64,000 nt of DNA from an uncultured Methanomassiliicoccales archaeon (GCA_963695345.1 OY968769.1:960001-1024000), one strand, 5' to 3'. Positions 19,015-30,607 are shown, counted from the first letter of the stretch. Made by a program: numbers and translations. The notes: generated by a model from the sequence alone, not told the origin.

Positions 19015-20652
19015 TTAATCCTCGCCCATGCCGCCCATTCCCGGCATTCCGCCAGGCATGCCGCCGCCACCATGGCCGCCCTTGGAGGCGATTACGTCGT
19101 CGATCCTGAGGATCATGACGGCCGCATCCGTGGCCGAGTTGATGGCCTGCCTGCCGACGCAGAATGGCTCGAGCACGTTGAGCTTGACCATGTCCTCGAT
19201 CTTTCCGGTGAAGACATTGACGCCCGCGTGCACCTTCCCGTTCTTGTGGGCCTTCCTGAGCTCGATCAGTATGTCGATCGGGTCCAGGCCGGCGTTCTCG
19301 GACAGTGCGGTCGGTATTACTTCCATTGCGGAGGCGAACGCGTCAATGGCGATCTGCTCCCTGCCGCCGACCGATGCCGAGTATGCCCTCAGCTTCATGG
19401 CCACTTCTTCCGCGGTCGATCCGCCGCCGGTGAGCATCCTGCCTTCCTCGATGGCCACAGCGACGACGCTCATGGCGTCGTCCAGGGACCTCTCGATCTC
19501 GGCGATGACGTGGTCGGTGCCGCCCCTGATGAGGACGGACACTGCCTTCGGGTTCTTGCAGCCGGTGACGAACGACATCTCGTCGTCCTGGATCTTCCTT
19601 ACTTCGATCAGGCCCGCGAATCCCAGGTCCTCAGCCTCGAGCTCGTCGACCTTGGTCACGACGTTGGCGCCGGTGGCCTTGGCGAGCTTCTCGATATCGG
19701 ACTTCTTGACCCGCCTGACGGCGTAGATCTTTTCCTTGGCAAAGTAGTGCTGGACCAGATCATCGACTCCCTTCTGGCAGAAGACGGCGGTGGCGCCGGT
19801 GGCCTTGATCTTGGCGACCATCTTCTTCAGCATGTTCTCTTCCTCATCGAGGAAAGCCTGCATCTGGTTCGGGTCGGTGATCTCGATCTTGGCGTCGACC
19901 TCGGTCTTCTTGACCTCGAGTGCGGCATCCAGCAAGGCGATCTTGGCCTTCTCGACCCTCTTCGGCATGGCTGGGTGGACCGGTTCCTTGTCGACGATGA
20001 TTCCGTCGATGGTTATGGTGTCCTCCATCGAGCCGCCGGTCTTCTTGACCACCTGGATGTTGTCCATGTCGACGACCCACTTCTTGCCGACCTTCTCAGC
20101 GACCTTCTTTACAGCATCGACCGAGACCTGGGCCATCAGTTCCTTCGATCCGACGATCGATTTGGACATCATGGCGGTCTGGGCGATCTTGATGAGGGTG
20201 GCGCGGTCGTCGGCCTTCAATTCGATGGCCGAAGCGTCCAGGACCTCCATGGCTTTGGAGGCGGCGAGCCGGTATCCGTGGGTGATGACGGTGGGGTGAA
20301 CGTTGGCATCGATCAGGTCGACTGCCTTCTTCAGCAGTTCTCCGGCGAGGACCACAGCGGTCGTTGTTCCGTCTCCGCATTCCTCATCCTGGGTCTTGGC
20401 GACCTCGACCAGCATCTTGGCGGCCGGGTGATCGACATCAATCTCCTTCAAGATGGTGACTCCGTCGTTGGTGATTACTACGTCGCCCAATGTGTCGACG
20501 AGCATCTTGTCCATACCACGGGGACCAAGGGTGCTCCGGACCGCGTCAGCGATGGCCCTGGCAGCCATGATGTTGTTGTACTGGGCGTCCTTACCCTTGT
20601 CACGCTTTGTACCCTCCTTAAGGATGAGTATCGGTGTGTTTCCCATTGACAT
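19015..20652 (-). CDS. Thermosome (group II chaperonin) subunit
   Basis: [27 protein letters not shown]-terminal GGM repeats. Confidence 0.97.
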   Translation of the reverse strand: MSMGNTPILILKEGTKRDKGKDAQYNNIMAARAIADAVRSTLGPRGMDKMLVDTLGDVVITNDGVTILKEIDVDHPAAKMLVEVAKTQDEECGDGTTTAVVLAGELLKKAVDLIDANVHPTVITHGYRLAASKAMEVLDASAIELKADDRATLIKIAQTAMMSKSIVGSKELMAQVSVDAVKKVAEKVGKKWVVDMDNIQVVKKTGGSMEDTITIDGIIVDKEPVHPAMPKRVEKAKIALLDAALEVKKTEVDAKIEITDPNQMQAFLDEEENMLKKMVAKIKATGATAVFCQKGVDDLVQHYFAKEKIYAVRRVKKSDIEKLAKATGANVVTKVDELEAEDLGFAGLIEVRKIQDDEMSFVTGCKNPKAVSVLIRGGTDHVIAEIERSLDDAMSVVAVAIEEGRMLTGGGSTAEEVAMKLRAYSASVGGREQIAIDAFASAMEVIPTALSENAGLDPIDILIELRKAHKNGKVHAGVNVFTGKIEDMVKLNVLEPFCVGRQAINSATDAAVMILRIDDVIASKGGHGGGGMPGGMPGMGGMGED

Positions 20653-20722
20653 TTTACATACCTCCCTGTTCTGAAATCTAACGCCTAGCTATGCTAGTAC
20701 GGCCCTTGGAATGTTTGTCCTT

Positions 20723-20730
20723 CTATATAA
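20723..20730 (-). promoter_or_regulatory. TATA box of the thermosome gene
   Basis: TTATATAG on the minus strand, ~70 nt upstream of the start; GGAGG RBS precedes the ATG. Confidence 0.6.
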
Positions 20731-21001
20731 GACTAATGTTGATGGGAGCCTGTCCACACACATAACGACCAGTAGCCGAAAATGGTTCGCGGTGCCGTGG
20801 CGGTGATCATGCCTGGACCATCTTTGTTCACTATAGGCATTGTCAAAGGCGATAGCCGACGGGACTTTCCATTTAAGACCAATCGGAGGTCATCTCTTTG
20901 TTAGTATTACCTATATCAATACCACGAATTCAGAATACTATAGAGGAACCCGGACGATAATCATTTAAGCGAAATCCTGTGTTCGGAAAGAGAGGAGAAG
21001 A

Positions 21002-21646
21002 ATGGGCGAACTTGACAAGACCATCGCGGTCGTCTTCAAGCGTGGCGGCAAGAACGTTATGTCAGAGATGGAGTTCGTCAATAATGTCATCTTCAATTTC
21101 CGGTACTCTGGCACGAAAGACGGGTTCAAGTTGGATGCCAGAAAGGCACAACAGGTGATGGACGCGGGCTTGGCCAAAGGGCTCCTTAAGAAAGAGGAAG
21201 GTATGGTAAAACCGACCTTCGACTATCGCGAGTTCGATGTCCCGATGAACTACAAGCCTACCGAGGCGATCTTGTCGGAACTCATCGGCGAGGCGTCCCC
21301 CACCCCGAAAACTTCGCCCAGCTCAGATGCCTCCGGGATAACCGTCCCTCCACCGATGCCTGTACCGGTTCCACAGATCAAGGAGATATCCAACCTTCCC
21401 GCGGCGGCACCTGGAAGACCGGTAAACACCGCCCCCAACGTACCCCAATCATTGTTCGCCCGGCTTGTGGAGGATATTTCCAAGGCATCCGGTCTGAAAA
21501 GGAACGACGTCGTAGCCCGGATCAATAAGGTACAGGAGAAATTGGGCACTGAGTCGATCGTAGCGGCACTCGCCGTGGCGCGAGACAACGGGGTCGAGAT
21601 TACCAAGTACCTCAAAGAGGCGAAGGAAGAGATCGTCAAATCATAA
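21002..21646 (+). CDS. DUF2240-family protein
   Basis: TIAVVFKR.G...SE.EF N-domain, Pro-rich linker, C-domain ...INKVQE...VAAL.VAR..GV.I. Confidence 0.7.
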   Translation: MGELDKTIAVVFKRGGKNVMSEMEFVNNVIFNFRYSGTKDGFKLDARKAQQVMDAGLAKGLLKKEEGMVKPTFDYREFDVPMNYKPTEAILSELIGEASPTPKTSPSSDASGITVPPPMPVPVPQIKEISNLPAAAPGRPVNTAPNVPQSLFARLVEDISKASGLKRNDVVARINKVQEKLGTESIVAALAVARDNGVEITKYLKEAKEEIVKS

Positions 21647-21787
21647 CCACCCGATTGTTTTTCTGATATCTGGCCATTCTACATCTCCTTTTTTCTGAAC
21701 GCAATTTGTCACGAAAACCAATAAATAACCGGTGTGCTATGACATGTCATAGCACGGATAACGTGCGAACAAAATGGAGGTTGACAA

Positions 21788-22390
21788 ATGGCCGAAGCGA
21801 ACCTGGACCTGAGCGAGAAGTCGTCCATGCATGTGCATATGAGAGAGCACGTGGCCGAGCAAGATGCCGCGATACACATGGGTTCCTCCGAGTATTACTC
21901 CCTCCAAAGGGCAATTTTCGAGGCTGCCCTGCCGATGATCACGCCACGCTGTAAGATCGTAGACCTCTCCTGCTCGAACGGCGATTGGCTGGCCCCATTC
22001 GTTGAGAGGTTCGAGGATCTCTGCCACTTCGTCGCCATTGGGGAAGACGAGAAGATCACATACTCCTGCCTGGACCGGTTCAGGATGCGCGTCAGGTTGG
22101 GGTTCTTTGAGATCTGCCAACTCGACCTGGCGGAACGGTTCCCGGAGACCTGCTCCCGTGTCACGATCTCGGTCATGGGCATGGGCGGACTGAACCTTGA
22201 AAGACAGGTGGAGGTGCTCCAGAAGACCCACCGTTTCCTGGAGAGAGGAGGCGCCTTCGTCATGGCAGAAAGGGTCTCCAGCACCCTGGACGTGGAACAC
22301 TGGGAGAGATCCCTCAGGAAATCCGGGTTCAAAATGGTCCGCAAACTCTGGAGCAAGGGCGGGGTTGTGGCCTGGATCGCTCTGAAGTAA
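21788..22390 (+). CDS. Class I SAM-methyltransferase-like protein (degenerate motif I)
   Basis: IVDLSCSNG, RFLERGGAFVMAERV, LRKSGF; GGAGG RBS. Confidence 0.6.
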   Translation: MAEANLDLSEKSSMHVHMREHVAEQDAAIHMGSSEYYSLQRAIFEAALPMITPRCKIVDLSCSNGDWLAPFVERFEDLCHFVAIGEDEKITYSCLDRFRMRVRLGFFEICQLDLAERFPETCSRVTISVMGMGGLNLERQVEVLQKTHRFLERGGAFVMAERVSSTLDVEHWERSLRKSGFKMVRKLWSKGGVVAWIALK

Positions 22391-22724
22391 TGACATATCA
22401 ACGATTCAAAGATGTGATGAGGTAAGGCATTCATTCAAAAGCCAATTCCTAATCGGAGTCCCTTAGAGCAGTGTCTGAATGAGGTAACCACAGCCATCAA
22501 TGATCCCTAAAGTGATTTTCTGCCTATTATGTCAATAGAGCTCTGGTCATCATGTGCTCAACCAGAATGACTATGAGAGGATGTAGTGATGTCGACCTTG
22601 TTAATCAATTAATAACAAATTATTTTCAATATTAAACAAATTACAAGACCTTAAATTAGGCCGGTATGAATTGATTCATACCCTGACGGAAGTTAGATTC
22701 GGGGACATCAGAGGGGAGAATTTC

Positions 22725-25700
22725 ATGAGCACGAGAAAATGGATTTCAATCAAGGGCCTGGGGTTCGCACTCGCAGTGATGATGTTGCTGTCCTGCGTGG
22801 TCTTGGTCCCAGAAGAGATTGGAGGAACGACCCAGACCAATACTACGGCGCTAGCGGTGGGAACAACGGTTCCGACGGCACCGCTCAATTTGCAGGCCGA
22901 TGCCGGAAACGAGTTCGTGTGGCTTTGGTGGGACCACCCAACGGACCAAGGCAGCGATCTGATAAAGAACTACACCATCTATCGAAATGTGACCGGCAGT
23001 TCGACGACTTTCGATAAGCTTAACACGGTCCAGATCGGTCCATTTAATCCTGTGGGCATCAATGAGGCCTACAATGACACCACGGTGATCAACGGCATAC
23101 AGTACTATTACAAGATAGCCGCCGACAGCGATGCAGGCGAGGGGCCTAACTCCAGTGTGGTATCGGTTATCCCTGTTGCGAGCGCGACACCCCCTGGGGC
23201 AGTCCAGAACTTTCAGGTTTTGAACCAGGTCTATGACGCCCAGTTGAATTGGTCCGCTCCAGCGAGTGCCGGGAGCACGCCGATACGCTTCATCCATGTG
23301 TATACTCCAGACTCTGGGCTCCCAATAGTTTTGCCCGCTACGGCCAACGGATATCACGACACCAACCTCATAGCTGGCCAAACGTACAACTATACTGTTA
23401 GAGCGATTAGCAGCACCTCGGGCAACAACAATGCTTCTTTGGAGAGGCTAATTGGAGGGACGGGCGATATTCCTGGAAGCCCGGAGAATCTGACAGCTTT
23501 GGGCGGCAATAATTCGGTATTTCTGGTTTGGGACGACCCGGCCAACCCGTCATCTCATGGATTAAGAAACTATACGATCTGGCGTTCGGACGCCGAGACA
23601 GGTCCGTTTTCGTATATCGCCAACAGAAGTGAGTTTGTTATCTTTAATATTGTAATCAGTGGGCCATTCCCATTCTATTCGGACACAAGTGCCATAAATG
23701 GCCAAAAATACTACTATCGGGTGGTTTCGAACAACCAGTTCGGATCAAGCGCGCCCTCGAACATCGCGAATGCCACGCCAGCCCCTATTCCGTATATTGT
23801 GCCTAAAGTGCTGGCAACAGCGTATCCAGGCAACGGTCAGGTGTTGCTCGTTTGGTCTCCCCCCTCTTTCAATACCACTGGATTTGACATATACAGGTCT
23901 GCCACGGCGGGAGTTAGGGGAGATCTGATAGCCGGTCCGTTGGCGGTGTCCCAGTTCTATTCATATGACAATACCACGACGAATGGCAATAAGTACTACT
24001 ATACGGTGAGAGCCAACCTCAGCGGTGTCTACTTGTTCTCCGATCAGGTGAACGCGACACCGTTCGCCGGGACGGCTCCATCCGCACCAACGAACCTCAT
24101 AGCGACGCCGGATTCATCAGGCGTCGATCTATATGTGAACTTGACATCCAGCCAAGATGTCATCATCGGTTACTCGATCTATAGGGGAAACAGCACCGGG
24201 GCCGAAGGGGCGGTCCCGATCGAGAATGTGAGTACGATTGGATTCTTCGGATTCATCGGATTGCAGACAGGATTGTTCCACATAGATACAGACGGTTCTG
24301 CCTTGGATGATGTAAATTATTACTATACTGTATCCGTCAGGAACCTGTTCGGGGAGAGCCCACACTCGAATGAGGCCACTTCATTCGCCAGTTCCACCGG
24401 CGACGCCCCTGGGCGGGTCACGGACCTAAGAGCCACGGGAGGGAATGGCCAGGTTACCTTGAACTGGAACAAACCTCTGTATCAGGGAACGGCCAACGTA
24501 TTGTTCTATGAAATCTTCAGGTACAATGGGACAGTATGGAGGCAAGCAGGATTTGTCACCGGAGGGTTGGGCGAGCAGACTTTTGTGGACACCCATCTAA
24601 CGCCAGGGACCTATGGCTACTATGTACTGGCATCCAACAACTATGGCGACGGACTTGACCAATCAAACGTAGCTGAGGCCACGGCCACATCCTCGAATGT
24701 CATCCCAAGCGCGCCGACCAATCTGATCGCAACCCCCGGAACCGGCTACGTCCTGCTGTCATGGAGCGCCCCGACTACGGTGGGTCCGGGAATAACCGGC
24801 TACAAGGTATTCAGAGGAACGACCGCGGGAGGAGAAGGCACCACACCAATCCAGACCGTGGGTAATGTGCTAACATACAATGACACTACGGTCGTGCCTG
24901 GACTGCCTTACTTCTATAAGGTGGCCGCGGTCAACTCGGTCGGAACAGGGCCGGATTCGAGCGAGGTCACTGGGACCGCCCCTGCCCCATCCGCCCCCAC
25001 CGCGCCCGTTGACCTTACCGCGTCCGCTGGGCAGGGCCAGATCATCCTGAACTGGAGCGCACCGCCACCGTTGGAACCGGGATCACCGAGTATCGTATCT
25101 TCAGGGGAACGACCGCGGGAGGAGAGGGAACCACGGCGATAGCCACGGTCGCCGGTACGGTGCTGACATATGTCGATGTCAACGTCGTTTCCGGAGGAAC
25201 GTACTATTACAAGGTGAGGGCGGTCAATTCGGCCGGGGCTGGGCCTGATTCGAACGAGGCTTCGGCCACACCGTTGACAGTAGAGGGGATACCGAGCCCG
25301 CCCACGTCACTTGCGGGGGCGGCAGGCAATGGGTACATCCAACTGAACTGGACCGCACCTTCGGATGAGGGAGGCAGCGCCATCTCCTCCTATAACGTGT
25401 ACAGGGGAACGTCCGCCTCGGGAGAGGATGCGACGCCGATCGCCAGCGTGACCGGGACAACATACACATACAATGACACGTCGGTCACCAACCAGGTGCC
25501 TTACTATTATGTAGTGAAGGCGGTCAACGCGAACGGAACGAGCAACCCCTCGAACGAGGTCACGGCGACTCCGCTCAACCCGGCGCTCCCATCGGCTCCG
25601 AGGAACGTTTCAGCCACCCCGGGTGCGGGCAAGGTCGTGATCCTATGGGACGCGCCTGCCAATGCTGGTACGGCCCCGATCACCGGATATGACCTGTACC

Positions 25701-25981
25701 GTTCCGACAACGGATCCCAGCTGGTCCTTCTGACCACCACCAACGCAAACACGACCACCTATACGGATACGGCGGTCGTTCCGGGCCACAGCTACGGGTA
25801 CCAGGTGGTGGCTAATAACGCCAACGGGAACGGAACCGCTTCCGCCACCGCGACCGCCATACCCAACGCCAACGCTGGACCGGCGACCAGTGACAACACA
25901 CTGCTCTACGCTGGGATTGTCGTCGCGGTGATCGCCATATTGGGAGGAGGCGCCTTCTTTTTCATGAGGCGAAAGAAGTAA
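22725..25981 (+). CDS. Cell-surface fibronectin type III repeat protein (frameshift at ~25062)
   Basis: Signal peptide; ~10 repeats of P.AP.NL...L.W...Y.IYR...Y.D...YYY.V.A; C-terminal TM helix plus RRKK. Adding one base restores WSAPATVGTGITEYRIFRG. Confidence 0.88.
24770..25260 (+). repeat. Tandemly duplicated Fn3 unit
   Basis: TTCAGAGGAACGACCGCGGGAGGAGAAGGCACCAC (~24810) vs TTCAGGGGAACGACCGCGGGAGGAGAGGGAACCAC (~25100); the encoded peptides are also very similar. Confidence 0.7.
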
Positions 25982-26091
25982 ACCCGGCGCCCAAACCCTT
26001 TCCATCTCATTTTTAATTTCGCCTGATCAGAATAATTATTGACAAAAAAAGGACCAGTGAGCGTCACCGCCCCTGGTCGTTCCGATACCGA

Positions 26092-26581
26092 TCACTCTTT
26101 CTTGATGAAATCCGAGAGGGTCATCCCGCCCTTGGATACGGCAGCCTTCTCCGGTTTCATGACCGCCACCCGCTCGGTGATCTTGATCCCCAGAGTCTTC
26201 TCCACTTTGTGGATCAGTGCGTCGTCGGGACGCATGTCGCCGCGTTCCAGCTTGGTTGATGATGCTGAGACGTTCGCCCATCTTGCTGGCGAGCTCCTCC
26301 TGCTTCCAGCCGAGGGCCTCACGGGTGTCCTTGATCATCTTGGGATAGTCCACGATCAGCTCTATCGTCTCTTCCTGCTGTCCGTAGACATCCTTGGTCT
26401 TCATCCGCCTTTCCCGGTTCTGGAGGCGGTTCTCGATGACCAGCTTGTTGGCCGGTTCCTTGCCCCCGGCCTTGGCCTGATCTCCGAACTTCGAACAATC
26501 CTTGCAGACCTTGAGAATGGTACTTTCTATCTGGACGGTGAACAGTCTGTCCGTTTCCTTACCACAGAGTTCGCAGAGCAT
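26092..26581 (-). CDS. mbf1: Archaeal multiprotein bridging factor aMBF1 (frameshift at ~26255)
   Basis: CELCG...VC..C zinc ribbon, HTH (RE..GW.QEELA..), LE.G.MRP, TLSDFIK; divergent from pan. Confidence 0.9.
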
Positions 26582-26725
26582 GTCAATCGGAGCACAAATG
26601 AGCCTTCCTCGATTTAATGTTCTCCTTTTCCCGTTCATCGGGTACAGGGTGCCCATTTAATGAAAATCTATGCTGGATGATGCCGGACCTCCTTCGTCCG
26701 TGTATGGGAATCGGCACGAAACTGT

Positions 26726-26747
26726 AATATATATAGCGCTTTTATAT
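26726..26747. promoter_or_regulatory. AT-rich TATA elements of the divergent mbf1/pan promoter
   Basis: AATATATATA and TTTTATAT between the divergent genes. Confidence 0.5.
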
Positions 26748-26758
26748 GAGAGAACGAG

Positions 26759-27979
26759 GTGCCAAGATTGAGTGATGAACAGCTCGACGACTATATCTCC
26801 AAAGAAACCAAGGACAAGATGGAGATGGTCGAACGCCAAAACTCTGAGCTTCTGGAGGAGGTAAGGAGGGTCGAGGGCGAAAAGAGATACGTGGAGAGCG
26901 AGCTATTCCGACTGCAGAAGGAGCTTAAACGCATGCGCTCGGAGCTGGAGCGACTAAAATCCCCACCGCTGATCATCGGCAACATCAAGGATGTGCTTGT
27001 GGACGGGAGGGTCATTGTCAAGAGCTCAACCGGGCCCGATTTCATAGTAACAACTTCAGAGTATGTTCCCACAGATGAGATCATCGTGGGCGCCAGGGTG
27101 GCGCTGAACAAGCAGACCCTGGCGGTCATGTCTGTACTGCCATCGTCGCTTGACCCGATCGTCATCGGAGCGGAGATCATCGAAAAGCCGACCATATCAT
27201 ATGACGATGTGGGCGGACTGGAAGAGCAGATCATCGAGGTCAGGGAAGCGGTGGAAGACCCGCTGCTGAGGCCGGAGCTCTACAAGAGAGTCGGCATCGA
27301 ACCGCCAAAGGGCGTTCTCCTGGTCGGGCCGCCAGGAACGGGCAAGACCCTACTGGCCAAGGCCGTCGCCCATCAGACGAACGCCACCTTCATCAGGATG
27401 GTCGGTTCGGAACTGGTCCAGAAGTACATCGGTGAAGGCGCCCGACTGGTCCGGGAACTGTTCGAGCTGGCCAAGGACAAGGCACCGTCCATCGTGTTCA
27501 TCGACGAGCTGGACTCGATCGGTGCTAAGCGCCTCGATGTCGCCACATCCGGCGACCGCGAGGTACAGCGCACCCTGATGCAGCTGCTCGCCGAGCTGGA
27601 CGGGTTCAATCCGCTGGCCGACGTCAAGATCATCGGCGCCACCAACCGGCCGGACATCCTCGATGAGGCACTGCTGAGGCCGGGACGTTTCGACCGTATC
27701 ATCGAGATACCCATCCCGAACTACGAGGGCAGGCTCGCCATCTTCAAGATCCAGATGAAGAAGATGAACGTCGACGAGACGGTCATCGCGGTCGACCTGG
27801 CGTCCAAGGCGGAGTTCGCCACCGGCGCAGACATACGTGCGATCTGCACAGAGGCGGGCATGTTCGCCATCCGGGACAACCGCGATTATGTCACCGGAGC
27901 CGACTTCGAGAGGGCGATCGCCAAGGTCCTGGAGACCGACGAGATCAAGGGATCCGAGACCGGCGCGATGTTCGCGTAA
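26759..27979 (+). CDS. pan: Proteasome-activating nucleotidase
   Basis: Coiled coil, OB fold, GPPGTGKT, IVFIDELD, ATNRPDILD.ALLRPGRFDR, C-terminal MFA. Confidence 0.96.
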   Translation: MPRLSDEQLDDYISKETKDKMEMVERQNSELLEEVRRVEGEKRYVESELFRLQKELKRMRSELERLKSPPLIIGNIKDVLVDGRVIVKSSTGPDFIVTTSEYVPTDEIIVGARVALNKQTLAVMSVLPSSLDPIVIGAEIIEKPTISYDDVGGLEEQIIEVREAVEDPLLRPELYKRVGIEPPKGVLLVGPPGTGKTLLAKAVAHQTNATFIRMVGSELVQKYIGEGARLVRELFELAKDKAPSIVFIDELDSIGAKRLDVATSGDREVQRTLMQLLAELDGFNPLADVKIIGATNRPDILDEALLRPGRFDRIIEIPIPNYEGRLAIFKIQMKKMNVDETVIAVDLASKAEFATGADIRAICTEAGMFAIRDNRDYVTGADFERAIAKVLETDEIKGSETGAMFA

Positions 27980-28178
27980 ACACTTTCAACCCAATTCCTT
28001 TCCTTTTCCTTATGCTTTGCCAGATGGCGTGAGAGTTTCATTTTTTACAAAAATGACAACATGCTCTAGCGTTGCCAAGCCGGATGATTTGTTGAAGAGG
28101 CAAGATTTGGGCTCTGATCGGAGGCTCTGGATAGAAATCAAACTTTAAGAACGCCTCAGGCCAACGGATACAATCGGT

Positions 28179-28382
28179 CTATGGCCATCTGGATTTTTTC
28201 CTCTTATCCGGCTTTTTCTCTTCCATGGCCTTGATCTCCTCCTCGGTCATGTCCCGCTCCAGGACCACCGGCCCGATGTAGTCGCAGGTCTTGCAGTGGT
28301 AGATCACGCCGGTGATCATGGCGTTCTCATAGTACAGATCGGATGAGCCGCACTGAGGGCAGGTCAAGATCGTCTTCGGCAT
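28179..28382 (-). CDS. Small zinc-finger protein
   Basis: CPQCGS...YHCKTCDY.GP, followed by a charged tail. Confidence 0.7.
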   Translation of the reverse strand: MPKTILTCPQCGSSDLYYENAMITGVIYHCKTCDYIGPVVLERDMTEEEIKAMEEKKPDKRKKSRWP

Positions 28383-28487
28383 GAACAAGGATAGGTGAGG
28401 CCCATCCCTTAAAGGCGACGACAGTTCAGATTGACTGTTCGGGGCCCGGAAGTGCAGGATGAGGGACCCATACGCCTCAGCGGAACA

Positions 28488-29253
28488 TCAGTCGCTTCTC
28501 AGGTCCTCTCCGCCTTGGTAGGACTGCTGGATGGCGTTGTATATGTCCTCCATGCCCTCCTGCTGTTCGGCGGACACCGGCGTTATCGTGCGGTACATGC
28601 CGATGCTCTCCATGGCCTTGAACAGCTCCAACGAGAGCGGCACCCGCGAATGCGCCTCGTCATCCATCAGGACGGCGTTCAGCGACTCCGGTTCCCGGGA
28701 CCATTCCAGGACCTTTTCCAGGTCCTCCTCGTTCAGCATGTCCGACTTCGAAAGGACGTTGACGAATGGCATCGCGAAACGGAAATGGGTCGTGGCGCAC
28801 AGCATCAGCGACGATACGAAGCCGGAGGCGGTCTTCACCAGTAGCGGGTCGGACAGGAACACCAGGAACGAGTCGTCCTGAGCCCAGCTGGTCGATGATG
28901 ACCTGGCTGCTCTGCCTGAACGCGAACAGCTCGATCTGGCCCGGGGTGTCGATCAGCACGTAGGGGGTCTTGAACCCGTCGACCGCTTCCACCAGCTCCT
29001 TGACGTGGAGCGCCATCAGGTCGGCACAGACGATCTGGGCCCCGTTCGGGCCTAGCCCATAGTCCGCCATGACCTCGCTTACCTTCACCCAGTCCCGGAT
29101 GTCGATGTCCGGCTCGTAGGGGATGAACTCCGCACCGGGGTCCAGGTTGATCGTGATGCAGTCGAGCCCCTGCAGGGTCATCCACTGCTGGAATGCGTAG
29201 ACCAGGGAGCTCTTGCCGCTCCCGGCGGTGCCGACGAAGTAAATGTTCACCAT
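28488..29253 (-). CDS. GPN-loop GTPase (frameshift at ~28881)
   Basis: GTAGSGKS, NLDPG, YGLGPNGA, DTPGQIE, NVLSKSD, VSA. Confidence 0.9.
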
Positions 29254-29469
29254 ATGAACCGACCAATCCTACTAGTCCATCTTAAGAGTTTGCAGAAACC
29301 GCTTGCGAGAGAGTCGAGGCAACATCACTCAGACCGAACGCGTGATCACATGATTACCGGTTTAAGTTAGGAGAGAGAGGCTTCATGCTTGTAACACAAG
29401 GGTCTGTGGCCGTTCGATCGACCAGATACCGTAATTCTTTTGATATTGGTCATGATTAAGGGAGCTGTC

Positions 29470-29613
29470 ATGGCGAAGACGATGGACTGGGCAGCTTTGG
29501 GGATCGGCTCGGCCGTGGCGTTCGTTTTAGGGTTGCTCTATTTCGGTTTGCCTGGCGCCATAGTCCTTACCGTGGTAGTGATCACGATACAGGGCATACT
29601 GAGGTACAGATAG
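29470..29613 (+). CDS. Small membrane protein, 47 aa (not in ORF track)
   Basis: GGAG RBS; MAKTMDWAALGIGSAVAFVLGLLYFGLPGAIVLTVVVITIQGILRYR gives two hydrophobic helices. Confidence 0.65.
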   Translation: MAKTMDWAALGIGSAVAFVLGLLYFGLPGAIVLTVVVITIQGILRYR

Positions 29614-29966
29614 TCGGCCAAATGCATTCTGTCCTAGCGAGCGGGACATGTCTCTTTACCGCCATTTCTTGGAGATACCGTGAGACCGAAATGGAAATTT
29701 CGTATCGATAGGGGCGGAAGACAGTTGAAAATACCGCATCCAGTGCAAGTACTATCGGGTTCTTCCAAGATTTCGACCTTCGAAAAAAGCGCCGAAATTA
29801 AAAACTATCAGAAGTGCATACATACCTAGAGGAAAGTGAGAATCAAGAACACTGCCTTTCCTCGATCCATAGAATTACGGATGGGATAGATCCGAAGGGA
29901 ACTGAGAGAAGATGGATTTCATCCAACTTGTTCCCTGGAGAATAAGTCAAAAGACTGGGTGAGGAG

Positions 29967-30287
29967 ATGGATATAAAAATCAAAGGTGTGTTGGTAAGGA
30001 TCTGCAAAAAACTGGACAAGATCGATGATTCGATCGATCATAGCATCAAAGCCAAGGAAGAGGACATCAAGAAGGTTCTGGAAAAATTGGTTGACTCCTT
30101 GGACCGGCTGATCTATGACGAGAACTATTTCGGTAAACCCTACCCTGAGATCCTGGTTCTGCATGAACTAAAAACGCTGTTGAAGGATGCTGATGGGCCC
30201 GCCTTGGAATCCAATATCCAGAAAACCAGAGATACGATTTATTCTCTGCTGGTCAAGGAAAAGCGCGCCCAAAGAAATCAGACCTGA
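29967..30287 (+). CDS. Hypothetical helical protein
   Basis: GAGGAG RBS; 106-aa Lys/Leu/Glu-rich ORF with lower GC. Confidence 0.65.
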   Translation: MDIKIKGVLVRICKKLDKIDDSIDHSIKAKEEDIKKVLEKLVDSLDRLIYDENYFGKPYPEILVLHELKTLLKDADGPALESNIQKTRDTIYSLLVKEKRAQRNQT

Positions 30288-30607
30288 GAACCAGGCAAGA
30301 CCGTTCCGAGATCTCTGTCATTAGCGTACGCCATCTGGATCGAATGCCCACTGGGCTTCAGGTCCAATTGAGCTTGCGCATGACACACTTAGAATGAACG
30401 GACAAGGTCGGGAAGGCATGTTCGTGCTCGAATAGGCCAGGCTCTCGATCGAATCAGATATGCGCAAAGCGGATGAATTCGACGCGGTGAGCGGGCCGTA
30501 TACCAGGAACGCCCGATATTGAATACCTCGTTCAACTGGAGTCGCCGATGGGATTTGTGAGGAGAGAAGTAAATATATACGCATAATATGGTCAAAGTTG
30601 GCCCTGA

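Noticed and set aside
18982-20649. 555-aa ORF antisense to the thermosome gene; similar ones opposite rbcL, the kinase and gcvP
   Set aside because: Codon-register antisense shadows expected at high GC3.
29400-29432. Hairpin with GTTCGA resembling a tRNA T-arm or att remnant
   Set aside because: No cloverleaf and no match to the tRNA-Lys 3' end.
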